Shown here: positions 1 to 7,678 of the stretch, piece after piece
Numbering within the stretch: position 1 is the stretch's first letter
Layout of the letters: each line of letters begins with the position of its first letter
Source: Candidatus Scatosoma sp.
GTDB taxonomy: Bacteria; Bacillota; Clostridia; Christensenellales; Borkfalkiaceae
Reading direction: 5' to 3'
DNA: 64,000 bases
Assembly: GCA_045124465.1 (NCBI GenBank)
Contig: JBGVLV010000019.1
Coordinates: 1,054-65,053, forward strand
Position numbers and translations under genes: made by a program
Notes under the pieces: generated by a model
Seen by the model: the letters and a program-made list of their open reading frames with translations, nothing else
Told to the model about the DNA's origin: nothing
Database searches by the model: none

Positions 1-738
1 GCAGATGGGCTGATATTTTTCCTTACACGAGGCGTTGAGCGACACGTTCACGAGGTCGATCTTGCCTTTGAGGTCGGGAACGATGTCCCGTTTATTGATG
101 AGGTTGCCCTGACCGTTGGTGTTCAAGCGGGTGGAAAGTCCTTTGCTGTGGAAATAATCGCAAAGCTCGGTCATTTCCGCCACGCGGTAGGTCGGTTCGC
201 CGAAACCGCAGAACACCGCCTCTTTGAATTTGGAAAGATCCCCAAACCCTTTCACCGCCGCAATGACTTTATCGGCGGTCGGTTCGCCGTGACGGAGCCA
301 CAGATAGTTGCCGTAGTAGCTCGTCCGCTCGTTCCGAACGCAGAAATCGCAACCGTTGGAGCATTTGTTGGTGAGATTGATATACAAATTGCCGTCGAGA
401 ACGTACGCATACGTATCCTTGCGGCCGTCGTCGGGTTGCTTGGCGACGTTGCGGTTTTGGTTCTGTTTCTGGGGCTTATTCGGTTTGTTCGGTCTGCCCT
501 GTTGCTTGGGTTGGTTCTGCTGGTTTTGCTGACGGTTTTTATCCTGCGCGCCTTGAACGTTTTGACCGCTTTGATTGTTTTGAACGTTTTGGTTGTTTTG
601 CGGGTTTTGTCCGTTGTTGCCGTTGCCGTTCTTTTTCTTTTTACGGCGACGGCGGCCGCCGCCCTGACCGCCCTGACCCTGTGCGGGTTGGGGGTTTTGC
701 GCGTTGGTTTGGGGATCGAAATTTTTCGTTTCTTCCAT
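1..738 (-). CDS. TatD-associated radical SAM protein, C-terminally truncated by the window edge, with a Q/N/G-rich N-terminal extension
   Basis: Absent from the ORF track because it has no stop inside the window. The reverse-strand ATG is at 736-738, with SD AAGGA 4 nt upstream and an 18-nt gap after the tatD stop. Hand translation begins MEETKNFDPQTNAQNPQPAQGQGGQGG..RRRRKKKK..NGNGNNGQNPQNNQN. It continues to YAYVLDGNLYINLTNKCSNGCDFCVRN (the CX3CX2C radical-SAM motif) and AVFCGFGEPT. The frame stays open to position 1. Confidence 0.75.
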   Translation of the reverse strand, partial: MEETKNFDPQTNAQNPQPAQGQGGQGGGRRRRKKKKNGNGNNGQNPQNNQNVQNNQSGQNVQGAQDKNRQQNQQNQPKQQGRPNKPNKPQKQNQNRNVAKQPDDGRKDTYAYVLDGNLYINLTNKCSNGCDFCVRNERTSYYGNYLWLRHGEPTADKVIAAVKGFGDLSKFKEAVFCGFGEPTYRVAEMTELCDYFHSKGLSTRLNTNGQGNLINKRDIVPDLKGKIDLVNVSLNASCKEKYQPIC

Positions 739-756
739 AGTCCTTATTCCTGTTGT

Positions 757-1542
757 TTATTTGAGTTTGAAAAACAGCCGTTTCGCGTTTTCGAGTACCT
801 GCTCTTGCAACGCTTTTTCGTCCGTTTCTTTCAGCTCGGCTATCCTCGCCGCGACGAAGGTCACGTTCTTGGGTTCGTTGGGGAAGGTGCCGCGATAGGG
901 CGCGGGCGTGAGGTACGGGCAGTCCGTTTCCGTAAGAATACGGGTAGCAGGTATGCGTTGAACGCTATCCACGACCTTTTTGGCGTTCTTGAACGTAGAC
1001 GTGCCGCCGAAAGAGAAGTACAGTCCGAGCGCGGCGAAACGTTCCGCCATTTCGGGGGAGTACGAATAGCAATGCATCAGCGCGCTACGGCGCAAAAGGG
1101 GTTTGTTTTGTTCGAGGATCTCGAGCGTTTCCTGCGCCGCGTCGCGGCTATGGAGAACGACGGGAAGTCCTTTTTCGTCCGCCAAAGCGAGCTGTTTTAC
1201 AAAGAGTTCGCGTTGAAATTCTTTGGGCGGGTTATCGTCGAAATGATAGTCAAGACCGATCTCGCCGACGGCGACGCATTTTTTATGGTCGCAAAGCCGC
1301 GCGATCTCGTCGAGGTCGCCTTCGCGGTATTTTTTCAGTTCGCTCGGATGAAAGCCCGCGCAGAAATACACGAAGTCGAACGCGTCGGACAATTCCGCCG
1401 CTCGGCGGGAGGAGTCGAGGTCGAACCCCGAACATATAATACGTTCCACGCCCGCGGCTTTTGCGCGACGGACGGTTTCTTCCACGCCGCCCACGGCGGC
1501 GTATTCGCCGCCCGTCAAATGACAATGCACGTCGATATACAT
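757..1542 (-). CDS. tatD: TatD family metal-dependent hydrolase (DNase)
   Basis: 261-aa ORF. The N-terminus MYIDVHCHL carries the HxH metal site and the protein has TIM-barrel TatD-like features throughout. The metG-tatD gene order matches Bacillus metS-yabD. Confidence 0.9.
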   Translation of the reverse strand: MYIDVHCHLTGGEYAAVGGVEETVRRAKAAGVERIICSGFDLDSSRRAAELSDAFDFVYFCAGFHPSELKKYREGDLDEIARLCDHKKCVAVGEIGLDYHFDDNPPKEFQRELFVKQLALADEKGLPVVLHSRDAAQETLEILEQNKPLLRRSALMHCYSYSPEMAERFAALGLYFSFGGTSTFKNAKKVVDSVQRIPATRILTETDCPYLTPAPYRGTFPNEPKNVTFVAARIAELKETDEKALQEQVLENAKRLFFKLK

Positions 1543-1582
1543 AATCTTTCTCGTTTTTTATTTGTTGTTTTGGGGTTGCTTG

Positions 1583-1730
1583 TCTGGGGGCTAAAAGCGC
1601 AACTACGTTGCGGGTACGCCTTACGGCGTGGGCGCAACCTGCGGTTGCTTTACTGGGGGCTTATTCGTGGGCGCTGCCCACACCTGCCAGGGGCTTTGCC
1701 CCTGTACCCCACGAGGAACTAAGTTCCTCG
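1583..1730 (-). other. Array of six consecutive short GC-rich hairpins in the metG-tatD intergenic region (unclassified structured element)
   Basis: The hairpins are at 1598-1612 (CGCAAC-tac-GTTGCG), 1616-1629 (ACGCC-ttac-GGCGT) and 1634-1648 (GCAACC-tgc-GGTTGC). The others are at 1667-1681 (GTGGGC-gct-GCCCAC), 1688-1704 (CAGGGGC-ttt-GCCCCTG) and 1712-1730 (CGAGGAAC-taa-GTTCCTCG). The words CTGGGGGCT (1585, 1653) and CGTGGGCGC (1627, 1666) each occur twice. Confidence 0.5.
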
Positions 1731-1759
1731 ACCTCTCACCTCACAAGCTCCTCGGTTTC

Positions 1760-3712
1760 TCAGCCGAGTTGTGTGCCGCTTTTTACGTCTTTATCGGGGG
1801 TCACTAATGCGAGCGTGCCGTCCGAGTCTTCCGCAGCAAGGATCATTCCTTCCGACAGGATTCCGCAGACTTTTCTCGGTGCGAGGTTGGTCACGAATAC
1901 CACTTTCTTGCCGATCAGGTCTTCGGGCGCGTAGTGCTTGGCGATACCCGATACGACGGAACGTACTTCGTCGCCGAATTTGACCGTTTCGTGTAATAAC
2001 TTCGAGGATTTGGGTACGCGCTCGCAAGCCACGATCTCGCCGACGCGGAGCTGGACTTTCTCGAACTCCTCGAACGTTATCTCCGCTTTGCTCGACTTCT
2101 CCTCCGCTTGCACGGGCGCGCTCGCCGCCGCGATCTGCGCCGCGCGGATCTTTTCGATCTCCGGTTCCAACGCTTTAAAGTCCACTCTCGCGAACAGGGG
2201 GGGTACGGCGTTGACCGTTACCGTTTCCCTCAGCCCGAATTTCGCGCAGTCCTCCAACGTTCTCGTCTCGCCGCCGAACGCCGCGAGCATTTTCTCCGAC
2301 GTTTCGGGCATAAAGCTGTCGAGCAGCGACGCGCAGATCTGAATGACCTCCGCGAGGTTATACAACACGTCGTTGAGCCGAGCTTTCTTGCTCTCGTCCT
2401 TGGCAAGCGCCCAAGGCATCGTTTCGTCGATATATTTGTTCGCGCGGCGGAGAAGTGTAAATATCTCCGAGATCGCGTCCGCGATACGGAGTTCCTCCGC
2501 TTTCGCGATCACTTTCCCGACCGTAGCCGCCGCCGTGGCTTTGAACTCCGCGTCGGGGTCTTGCTCGTTTGCGGGCAGAGATTTCTCCACCGTGCCGCCG
2601 AAATATTTCCCGATCATCGCCACCGTACGGCTGACGAGGTTTCCAAGCACGTTCGCAAGATCGGTGTTGAACCGTTCCGCGACCAGTTCCCACGTGATCT
2701 GACCGTCGTTGTCGAACGGCATTTCGTGGAGCACGAAATACCGCACCGCGTCCACGCCGAACAACCGCGCAAGGTCGTCCGCATAGATCACGTTGCCTTT
2801 GGATTTGCTCATCTTGCCGTCGCCCTGCAAAAGCCAGGGATGACCGAATACCTGCTTGGGCAAAGGTTCGCCGAGCGCCATCAAGAATATGGGCCAGTAA
2901 ATGGTATGGAAACGCAGAATGTCCTTGCCGATAAGGTGCAGATCGGCGGGCCAGTACTTTTTATAGTTCTCGCCGTGCGCGCCGTCCGCGTCGTAGCCAA
3001 GACCCGTGATATAGTTCGCGAGCGCGTCCATCCATACGTACACTACGTGCCGATCGTCGAAAGACACGGGTACGCCCCATTTAAAGGTCGTACGGGACAC
3101 GCAAAGGTCCTGCAAACCTTTCAAAAGGAAGTTGTTCATCATCTCGTTCTTACGGGAAACGGGCTGAATGAACTCGGGGTGGGTATTGATATGTTCGATG
3201 AGCCTATCCGCGTATTTGCCCATCTTGAAGAAATACGCCTCCTCTTTCGCGGGCTTGACCTCTCTGCCGCAGTCGGGGCATTTCCCGTCCACGAGCTGGC
3301 TCTCCGTCCAGAACGATTCGCAGGGCGTACAGTACATACCCTCGTAGTACCCTTTATAAATATCCCCTTGGTCGTAGAATTTTTTGAATATTTTCGCGAC
3401 CTGTTTTTCGTGGTCCTTATCCGTCGTGCGGATAAACCTATCGTAGGAAGTACCCATCAGATCCCAGATATTTTTTATCTCGCCCGCGATCTTATCCACG
3501 TACGCTTGCGGCGTTATGCCCGCCGCCGCCGCTTTTTCCTCTATTTTCTGACCGTGTTCGTCCGTTCCCGTCTGGAAAAACACGTCGTAGCCCTGCTTGC
3601 GCTTGAACCGCGCGATCGCGTCCGCAAGCACCGCCTCGTACGTGTTTCCGATATGCGGCTTGCCCGAGGTGTAGGCTATCGCCGTCGTAATGTAGTAAGG
3701 TTTTTTCGCCAT
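1760..3712 (-). CDS. metG: Methionine--tRNA ligase with C-terminal tRNA-binding domain
   Basis: 650-aa ORF. It has the class I HIGH-type motif KPHIGNTYEA and the KMSKS motif (GKMSKSKGN). The C-terminal roughly 100 aa resemble an EMAP/Trbp111-like domain. Confidence 0.95.
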   Translation of the reverse strand: MAKKPYYITTAIAYTSGKPHIGNTYEAVLADAIARFKRKQGYDVFFQTGTDEHGQKIEEKAAAAGITPQAYVDKIAGEIKNIWDLMGTSYDRFIRTTDKDHEKQVAKIFKKFYDQGDIYKGYYEGMYCTPCESFWTESQLVDGKCPDCGREVKPAKEEAYFFKMGKYADRLIEHINTHPEFIQPVSRKNEMMNNFLLKGLQDLCVSRTTFKWGVPVSFDDRHVVYVWMDALANYITGLGYDADGAHGENYKKYWPADLHLIGKDILRFHTIYWPIFLMALGEPLPKQVFGHPWLLQGDGKMSKSKGNVIYADDLARLFGVDAVRYFVLHEMPFDNDGQITWELVAERFNTDLANVLGNLVSRTVAMIGKYFGGTVEKSLPANEQDPDAEFKATAAATVGKVIAKAEELRIADAISEIFTLLRRANKYIDETMPWALAKDESKKARLNDVLYNLAEVIQICASLLDSFMPETSEKMLAAFGGETRTLEDCAKFGLRETVTVNAVPPLFARVDFKALEPEIEKIRAAQIAAASAPVQAEEKSSKAEITFEEFEKVQLRVGEIVACERVPKSSKLLHETVKFGDEVRSVVSGIAKHYAPEDLIGKKVVFVTNLAPRKVCGILSEGMILAAEDSDGTLALVTPDKDVKSGTQLG

Positions 3713-3744
3713 AACAAAAGCTCCTTCTTGTTCTGATCTTCCTT

Positions 3745-3773
3745 ATTATACATCATTTGAACGAAAAAGTAAA
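3745..3773 (-). promoter_or_regulatory. Candidate sigma-A promoter of metG
   Basis: On the reverse strand: TTTACT (3773-3768), a 17-nt spacer, then TATAAT (3750-3745), about 30 nt upstream of the metG ATG. The leader is too short to hold a T-box. Confidence 0.4.
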
Positions 3774-3851
3774 ACAAAATCACCGTCTTTGCGCCCTTTC
3801 AAACAACTTTCTGCCGTCATTTCCGCGCCGTTTCCCGCATACAATAGTTCT

Positions 3852-4469
3852 ATGAACACACTTTTCGCGCTTATCTTTATCCTCGCCGATATCATTCTGC
3901 TATTCCTCTCGCCCGAGAACTTCCTCTCCACCCTCCTCGACGGCGCGTCCAAGAGCGCCACTTTGTGCCTTTCCCTGCTTTCGACCTACTCCGTATGGCT
4001 GGGGCTTATGAAGGTCTGGGAGGCGAGCGGGGTCACCCGCGGCGTGTCGCGTATGGTCAAACCCGTCGCCAAAAAACTTTTCAAAACGGACGACGAGGAG
4101 GCGCTCGACGCGGTGTGTATGAACCTCTCCGTCAACCTGCTCGGCATTTCGGGCGCGGCGACCCCGTACGGGATCCGCGCGGCGCAGCTCCTCGACAAGA
4201 CGGAAGAGGCGGAGTATTCTTCGAGTATGCTTTTCGTGCTCAACGCCACCTCCATTCAGCTCATTCCCACCTCCATCATCGGCATACGCGTCGCCTTAAA
4301 CAGCGCCGCGCCGACGGATATTATTCTTCCCACCCTCATCACGACGGTGTTCTCCACTCTGCTCGGAGTGGTCCTGACCCGACTTTTGATCCCGCCCAAA
4401 GCCGCAAAGCGCAAAAAGCGCGCCCACGCGGGCGTGAAGATACTCAAAACGAAGGGGGCAGGTATTTGA
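3852..4469 (+). CDS. spmA: Spore maturation protein A (nucleoside-recognition-domain membrane protein)
   Basis: The track ORF 3789..4469 begins at a TTG. I moved the start to the ATG at 3852 (MNTLFALIFILADI...), which matches the usual SpmA N-terminus. The protein is polytopic and hydrophobic, and its stop overlaps the spmB start (TGATG). Confidence 0.8.
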   Translation: MNTLFALIFILADIILLFLSPENFLSTLLDGASKSATLCLSLLSTYSVWLGLMKVWEASGVTRGVSRMVKPVAKKLFKTDDEEALDAVCMNLSVNLLGISGAATPYGIRAAQLLDKTEEAEYSSSMLFVLNATSIQLIPTSIIGIRVALNSAAPTDIILPTLITTVFSTLLGVVLTRLLIPPKAAKRKKRAHAGVKILKTKGAGI

Positions 4470-4984
4470 TGACGTACGCCCTCGCTTTGATCGTACCCCT
4501 GTTGTTCCTGCTCTCGTTCGTATTCGCGCTCTTTAAAAAAGTCAAGCTGTTCGACTGCTTTACGGAGGGCGTGAAAGGCGCGATCCCGCTCATCGTTTCC
4601 ATCTTCCCCTATATCGCGACGGTGACGATGCTTTCCAAGCTTTTCGAGGTGAGCGGACTGGAAAGCAAGCTTACGGACCTGCTCGCGCCCGTGTTCTCTT
4701 TTACGGGCATACCCGACGAGATCGCCCCGCTCCTGCTCGTCAAGCCCCTTTCGGGCAGCGGCGCGATCGCCGTGCTTTCGGAGATACTCGCCCGTTACGG
4801 CGTGGACAGCTATGCCGCGCGGTGCGCGTGCGTGGCGTACGGGTCGTCGGAAACCATTTTCTATATCGGCGCGGTGTATTTCGCGGGTCTGAAACGAAAA
4901 AAACTCACGCTCGCCTTGCTCATCGCCGTGTTTTCCTATCTCGTTTCCGTCGCGTTATGCTGTCTGCTCTGTCGGATTATGTAG
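4469..4984 (+). CDS. spmB: Spore maturation protein B
   Basis: The in-frame ATG at 4469 (MTYALALIVPLLFLL...) lies inside track ORF 3965..4984 and gives a 171-aa hydrophobic protein. It is translationally coupled to spmA. Confidence 0.8.
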   Translation: MTYALALIVPLLFLLSFVFALFKKVKLFDCFTEGVKGAIPLIVSIFPYIATVTMLSKLFEVSGLESKLTDLLAPVFSFTGIPDEIAPLLLVKPLSGSGAIAVLSEILARYGVDSYAARCACVAYGSSETIFYIGAVYFAGLKRKKLTLALLIAVFSYLVSVALCCLLCRIM

Positions 4985-5125
4985 CTTTTGGAAGTTTTTC
5001 TATATCCGAACCCGCAAAAATGTGAGAACGGAACATTTTTTGCGACGTAGATATACTTTTTAACTTTTTTTAAAATTTTCGAAATTTTTCTTTACTTTTT
5101 TCTCCAAACATGATAAAATATATTC

Positions 5126-5241
5126 GTAAATCGGTTGAGGAAACCGAGATACGCAAAACAGCTCATCATTTTCCCCCTTATCATATAGGTAACCGCCTCG
5201 AAGTCGCGAGATTTCGGGGCGGTTATCGTTTACCGTTTTTT
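5126..5241 (+). ncRNA. Candidate small RNA in the AT-rich spmB/glmM convergent spacer
   Basis: A near-consensus promoter lies upstream: TTTACT (5091-5096), a 17-nt spacer, then TGaTAAAAT (-10 at 5114-5119). It is followed by a small hairpin CGGTT-gagga-AACCG and an unpaired C-rich stretch UUUUCCCCCUUAU. A 12-bp hairpin follows (5191-5202 pairing with 5213-5224), then a T-run at 5235-5241. No family is recognised. Confidence 0.2.
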
Positions 5242-5253
5242 CCTCATATTTGA

Positions 5254-5283
5254 AAAGCCTTTCCCGTTCAAGGGAAAGGCTTT
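5254..5283. terminator. Hairpin terminator between convergent spmB and glmM
   Basis: AAAGCCTTTCCC-gttcaa-GGGAAAGGCTTT forms a 12-bp stem, 26 nt beyond the glmM stop. Confidence 0.6.
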
Positions 5284-5309
5284 CGAATTTTAAGTTATCG
5301 AACTTTAAA

Positions 5310-6692
5310 TTATAAGCAATGCCCGTTTTTCTCGATGACGCGCACGACTTCGTCCACGCACGCGGCGCACGTTTCCTTGCTCTCCGCCTCGACCATTACG
5401 CGCACGAGCGGTTCCGTTCCCGATTCGCGGACCAGGATCCTGCCCGTATCGCCCAAGCGTTTCTCCACTTCCTTGACCGCCGCAAGCACTTCGCCGTCCG
5501 ACATCGCCGCCTTTTTGTCCTTGACGCGCATGTTTTTGAGGACTTGCGGGTATACCGTCATCTGTCCCGCGAGCGCGGAAAGGGTCGTCTTTTTGTCGAT
5601 CATCGCCTGCATGATTTTCAGGCTCGTCAAAAGCCCGTCGCCCGTGCACGCGTATTTGGAGAAAATGATATGCCCCGACTGTTCGCCGCCGAGAATATAC
5701 CCCTTTTCCGACATACGCTCGTATACGTATTTGTCCCCGACCGCCGTCTTTTCGTAGTTTATCCCCAGTTCGTCCAGTCCTTTGTACAGACCGAAGTTGG
5801 ACATTATCGTCGTAACGACGGTGTTCCCGATGAGTTTGCCGCGCTCTTTCATATACCGCGCGTAGATATAGATGATCTGATCGCCGTCCACGAGGTTGCC
5901 TTTCTCGTCCACGCAAAGACAACGGTCCGCGTCGCCGTCGAAGGCGAATCCGACGTCCAGACCCTTTTCCACGACGAATTTTTGCAACGCCTCGATATGC
6001 GTCGAGCCTACGCCGTCGTTGATGTTCGTGCCGTCCGGCTCGTTCCCCATTACGAACGTGGTCGCGCCGAGCGCGTCGAACACGCTTTTCGCGATGTTCC
6101 AGCTGCTGCCGTTGGCGCAGTCCAGACCCACTTTCACGCCCTTAAAGCTGTAAATGCCGAGCGAGATCAGATACCCGATATAGCGGTTTCTGCCCGCCAC
6201 GTAGTCCACCGTTCTGCCGATACCGCTCTTTTTCGCGTACGGAACTTCGGTAAGCTCCTGCCCGAACGCGCAGACCTTGCCGTCGAGGTACGCCTCGACG
6301 AGCGCGATCACCTCTTCGTCCATCTTCTCGCCCGCGCCGTTGAACAGCTTGATACCGTTGTCGTAATACGGGTTATGGCTCGCGGAGATCATAATACCGC
6401 AATCGAACCCGTCCGAACGCACCACGTACGCGACCGACGGGGTCGTGGTCACGTGCAAAAGGTAAGCGTCCGCGCCCGAGGATACGATACCGCCCGAAAG
6501 TGCGTATTCGAACATATACCCCGATCTTCTGGTGTCTTTACCGATGACGATACGCGCGCGTTCGCCGCCCTCGCGTTTGACTTTCTCGTTAAAGTACCAG
6601 CCCAAAAACCGACCTACTTTGAACGCGTGTTCCGCCGTTAAGTTCTCGTTCGCCTCGCCGCGAAAACCGTCCGTTCCGAAATATTTTCCCAT
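5310..6692 (-). CDS. glmM: Phosphoglucosamine mutase
   Basis: 460-aa ORF with N-terminal GTDGFRG and the phosphoserine loop SASHNP. Confidence 0.95.
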   Translation of the reverse strand: MGKYFGTDGFRGEANENLTAEHAFKVGRFLGWYFNEKVKREGGERARIVIGKDTRRSGYMFEYALSGGIVSSGADAYLLHVTTTPSVAYVVRSDGFDCGIMISASHNPYYDNGIKLFNGAGEKMDEEVIALVEAYLDGKVCAFGQELTEVPYAKKSGIGRTVDYVAGRNRYIGYLISLGIYSFKGVKVGLDCANGSSWNIAKSVFDALGATTFVMGNEPDGTNINDGVGSTHIEALQKFVVEKGLDVGFAFDGDADRCLCVDEKGNLVDGDQIIYIYARYMKERGKLIGNTVVTTIMSNFGLYKGLDELGINYEKTAVGDKYVYERMSEKGYILGGEQSGHIIFSKYACTGDGLLTSLKIMQAMIDKKTTLSALAGQMTVYPQVLKNMRVKDKKAAMSDGEVLAAVKEVEKRLGDTGRILVRESGTEPLVRVMVEAESKETCAACVDEVVRVIEKNGHCL

Positions 6693-6714
6693 TCTGCTTA
6701 TTTCCTCTTTATTT

Positions 6715-7374
6715 TTATTTTTTAGAAACTATCTCGTTTTTGTTTTTATAAATAGAATTCTCTTTCACCACGCCGCGCACGCACGACAGGGGGTATACGT
6801 TCGTCCGCCGACCGATCACCGTACCGGGGTTAAGCACGCTGTTACAGCCCACTTCCACGAAATCGCCGAGCATCGCGCCCATCTTTTTCAAACCCGTTTC
6901 TATGCGTTCTTCGCCGTCCTTGACGACGATCGGCGTTTTGTCCGACTTTACGTTGGACGTGATCGAACCCGCGCCCATGTGCGATTTGTAGCCGAGTATG
7001 GAATCGCCCACGTAGTTATAATGCGGGGTCTGTACGTTGTCGAACAGAATAACGTTTTTGAGTTCGACGGAGTTGCCGACCACGCAATTTTGCCCGACGA
7101 GCGCGCTGCCGCGCACGAACGCGCAATGCCGAACTTCCGTTCCCGCCCCGACGATACAAGGTGCGCCCAAAAACGCGGTCGGCGCGACTTTCGCCGTTTT
7201 ATGCACCCAGACCTTGGGCGATATTTCTTCGTATTCGTTCTTATCCAGCGTTTCGCCGAGTTCCTCGATGAACGCTTTCAAGCCCGCAAGCGCCTCCCAG
7301 GGGTACTTGAACCGTAAGAGATAGGGTTTTGCCTGCGTATGATCGAGATCGTAAAGATCGTTTATTTCGTACAT
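6715..7374 (-). CDS. Stand-alone left-handed beta-helix (hexapeptide-repeat) acetyltransferase resembling the GlmU C-terminal domain
   Basis: 219-aa ORF with SD AGGAG, ending 22 nt upstream of glmM. Hexapeptide repeats are visible (GAPCIVGAGTEVRHCAFVRGSALVGQNCVVGNSVELKNVILFDN ... GDFVEVGCNSVLNPGTVIG). It has no nucleotidyltransferase domain. Confidence 0.75.
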   Translation of the reverse strand: MYEINDLYDLDHTQAKPYLLRFKYPWEALAGLKAFIEELGETLDKNEYEEISPKVWVHKTAKVAPTAFLGAPCIVGAGTEVRHCAFVRGSALVGQNCVVGNSVELKNVILFDNVQTPHYNYVGDSILGYKSHMGAGSITSNVKSDKTPIVVKDGEERIETGLKKMGAMLGDFVEVGCNSVLNPGTVIGRRTNVYPLSCVRGVVKENSIYKNKNEIVSKK

Positions 7375-7511
7375 TTTCTTCTCCTGTTTTTCATTGACTT
7401 CCCGCCGTTTTGCGGGGTATGTATTCCGAGCGTTGAAAAAACGCCCCCTATTACAGTATATTTCCCGCGAACGGGATACGCGACTTCTTTCGACAAATAT
7501 ATGTTTTTATC

Positions 7512-7540
7512 ATTATAACACACCCGTCCCCGCTTGTCAA
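7512..7540 (-). promoter_or_regulatory. Candidate sigma-A promoter of the acetyltransferase-glmM operon
   Basis: Read on the twin copy at 61155-61183: TTGACA, a 17-nt spacer, then TGtTATAAT (consensus -35, extended -10). A leader of about 135 nt with several hairpins follows. Confidence 0.55.
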
Positions 7541-7631
7541 GAACAGGGCAAACATTTTTTCCGTTTCCGTACGTAGTTTCCGCGCCCCGCACGATTTTTA
7601 TGCCCGCCGCGCAAGGACATAAACTTATAAT

Positions 7632-7662
7632 CCGCCGCCCGTCCGTTTCGGACGGGCGGCGG
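7632..7662 (-). terminator. Terminator hairpin downstream of the flavoprotein gene
   Basis: CCGCCGCCCGTCCG-ttt-CGGACGGGCGGCGG forms a 14-bp GC stem, 16 nt after the stop at 7679. Confidence 0.65.
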
Positions 7663-7678
7663 GAGTTTTTCCGACCGT

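Noticed and set aside
148-1722. A very long + strand ORF (524 aa), plus many similar long ORFs antisense to the called genes. Examples are 2108..3736(+), 5319..6641(+), 9539..10957(+), 12419..13933(-), 16285..17610(+), 18739..20217(+), 24154..25551(+), 28869..30467(+) and their twins.
   Set aside because: Each lies antisense to a gene with unmistakable family motifs. Their translations are Arg/His/Asp/Val-rich low-complexity strings with no motifs and no SD sites. Long stop-free antisense frames are expected in GC-rich coding DNA.
4695-4695. An apparent left boundary of the inverted repeat inside spmB.
   Set aside because: It is purely a window effect: 4695 is the mirror image of the window end (68695-64000). 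There is no sequence feature at this position.
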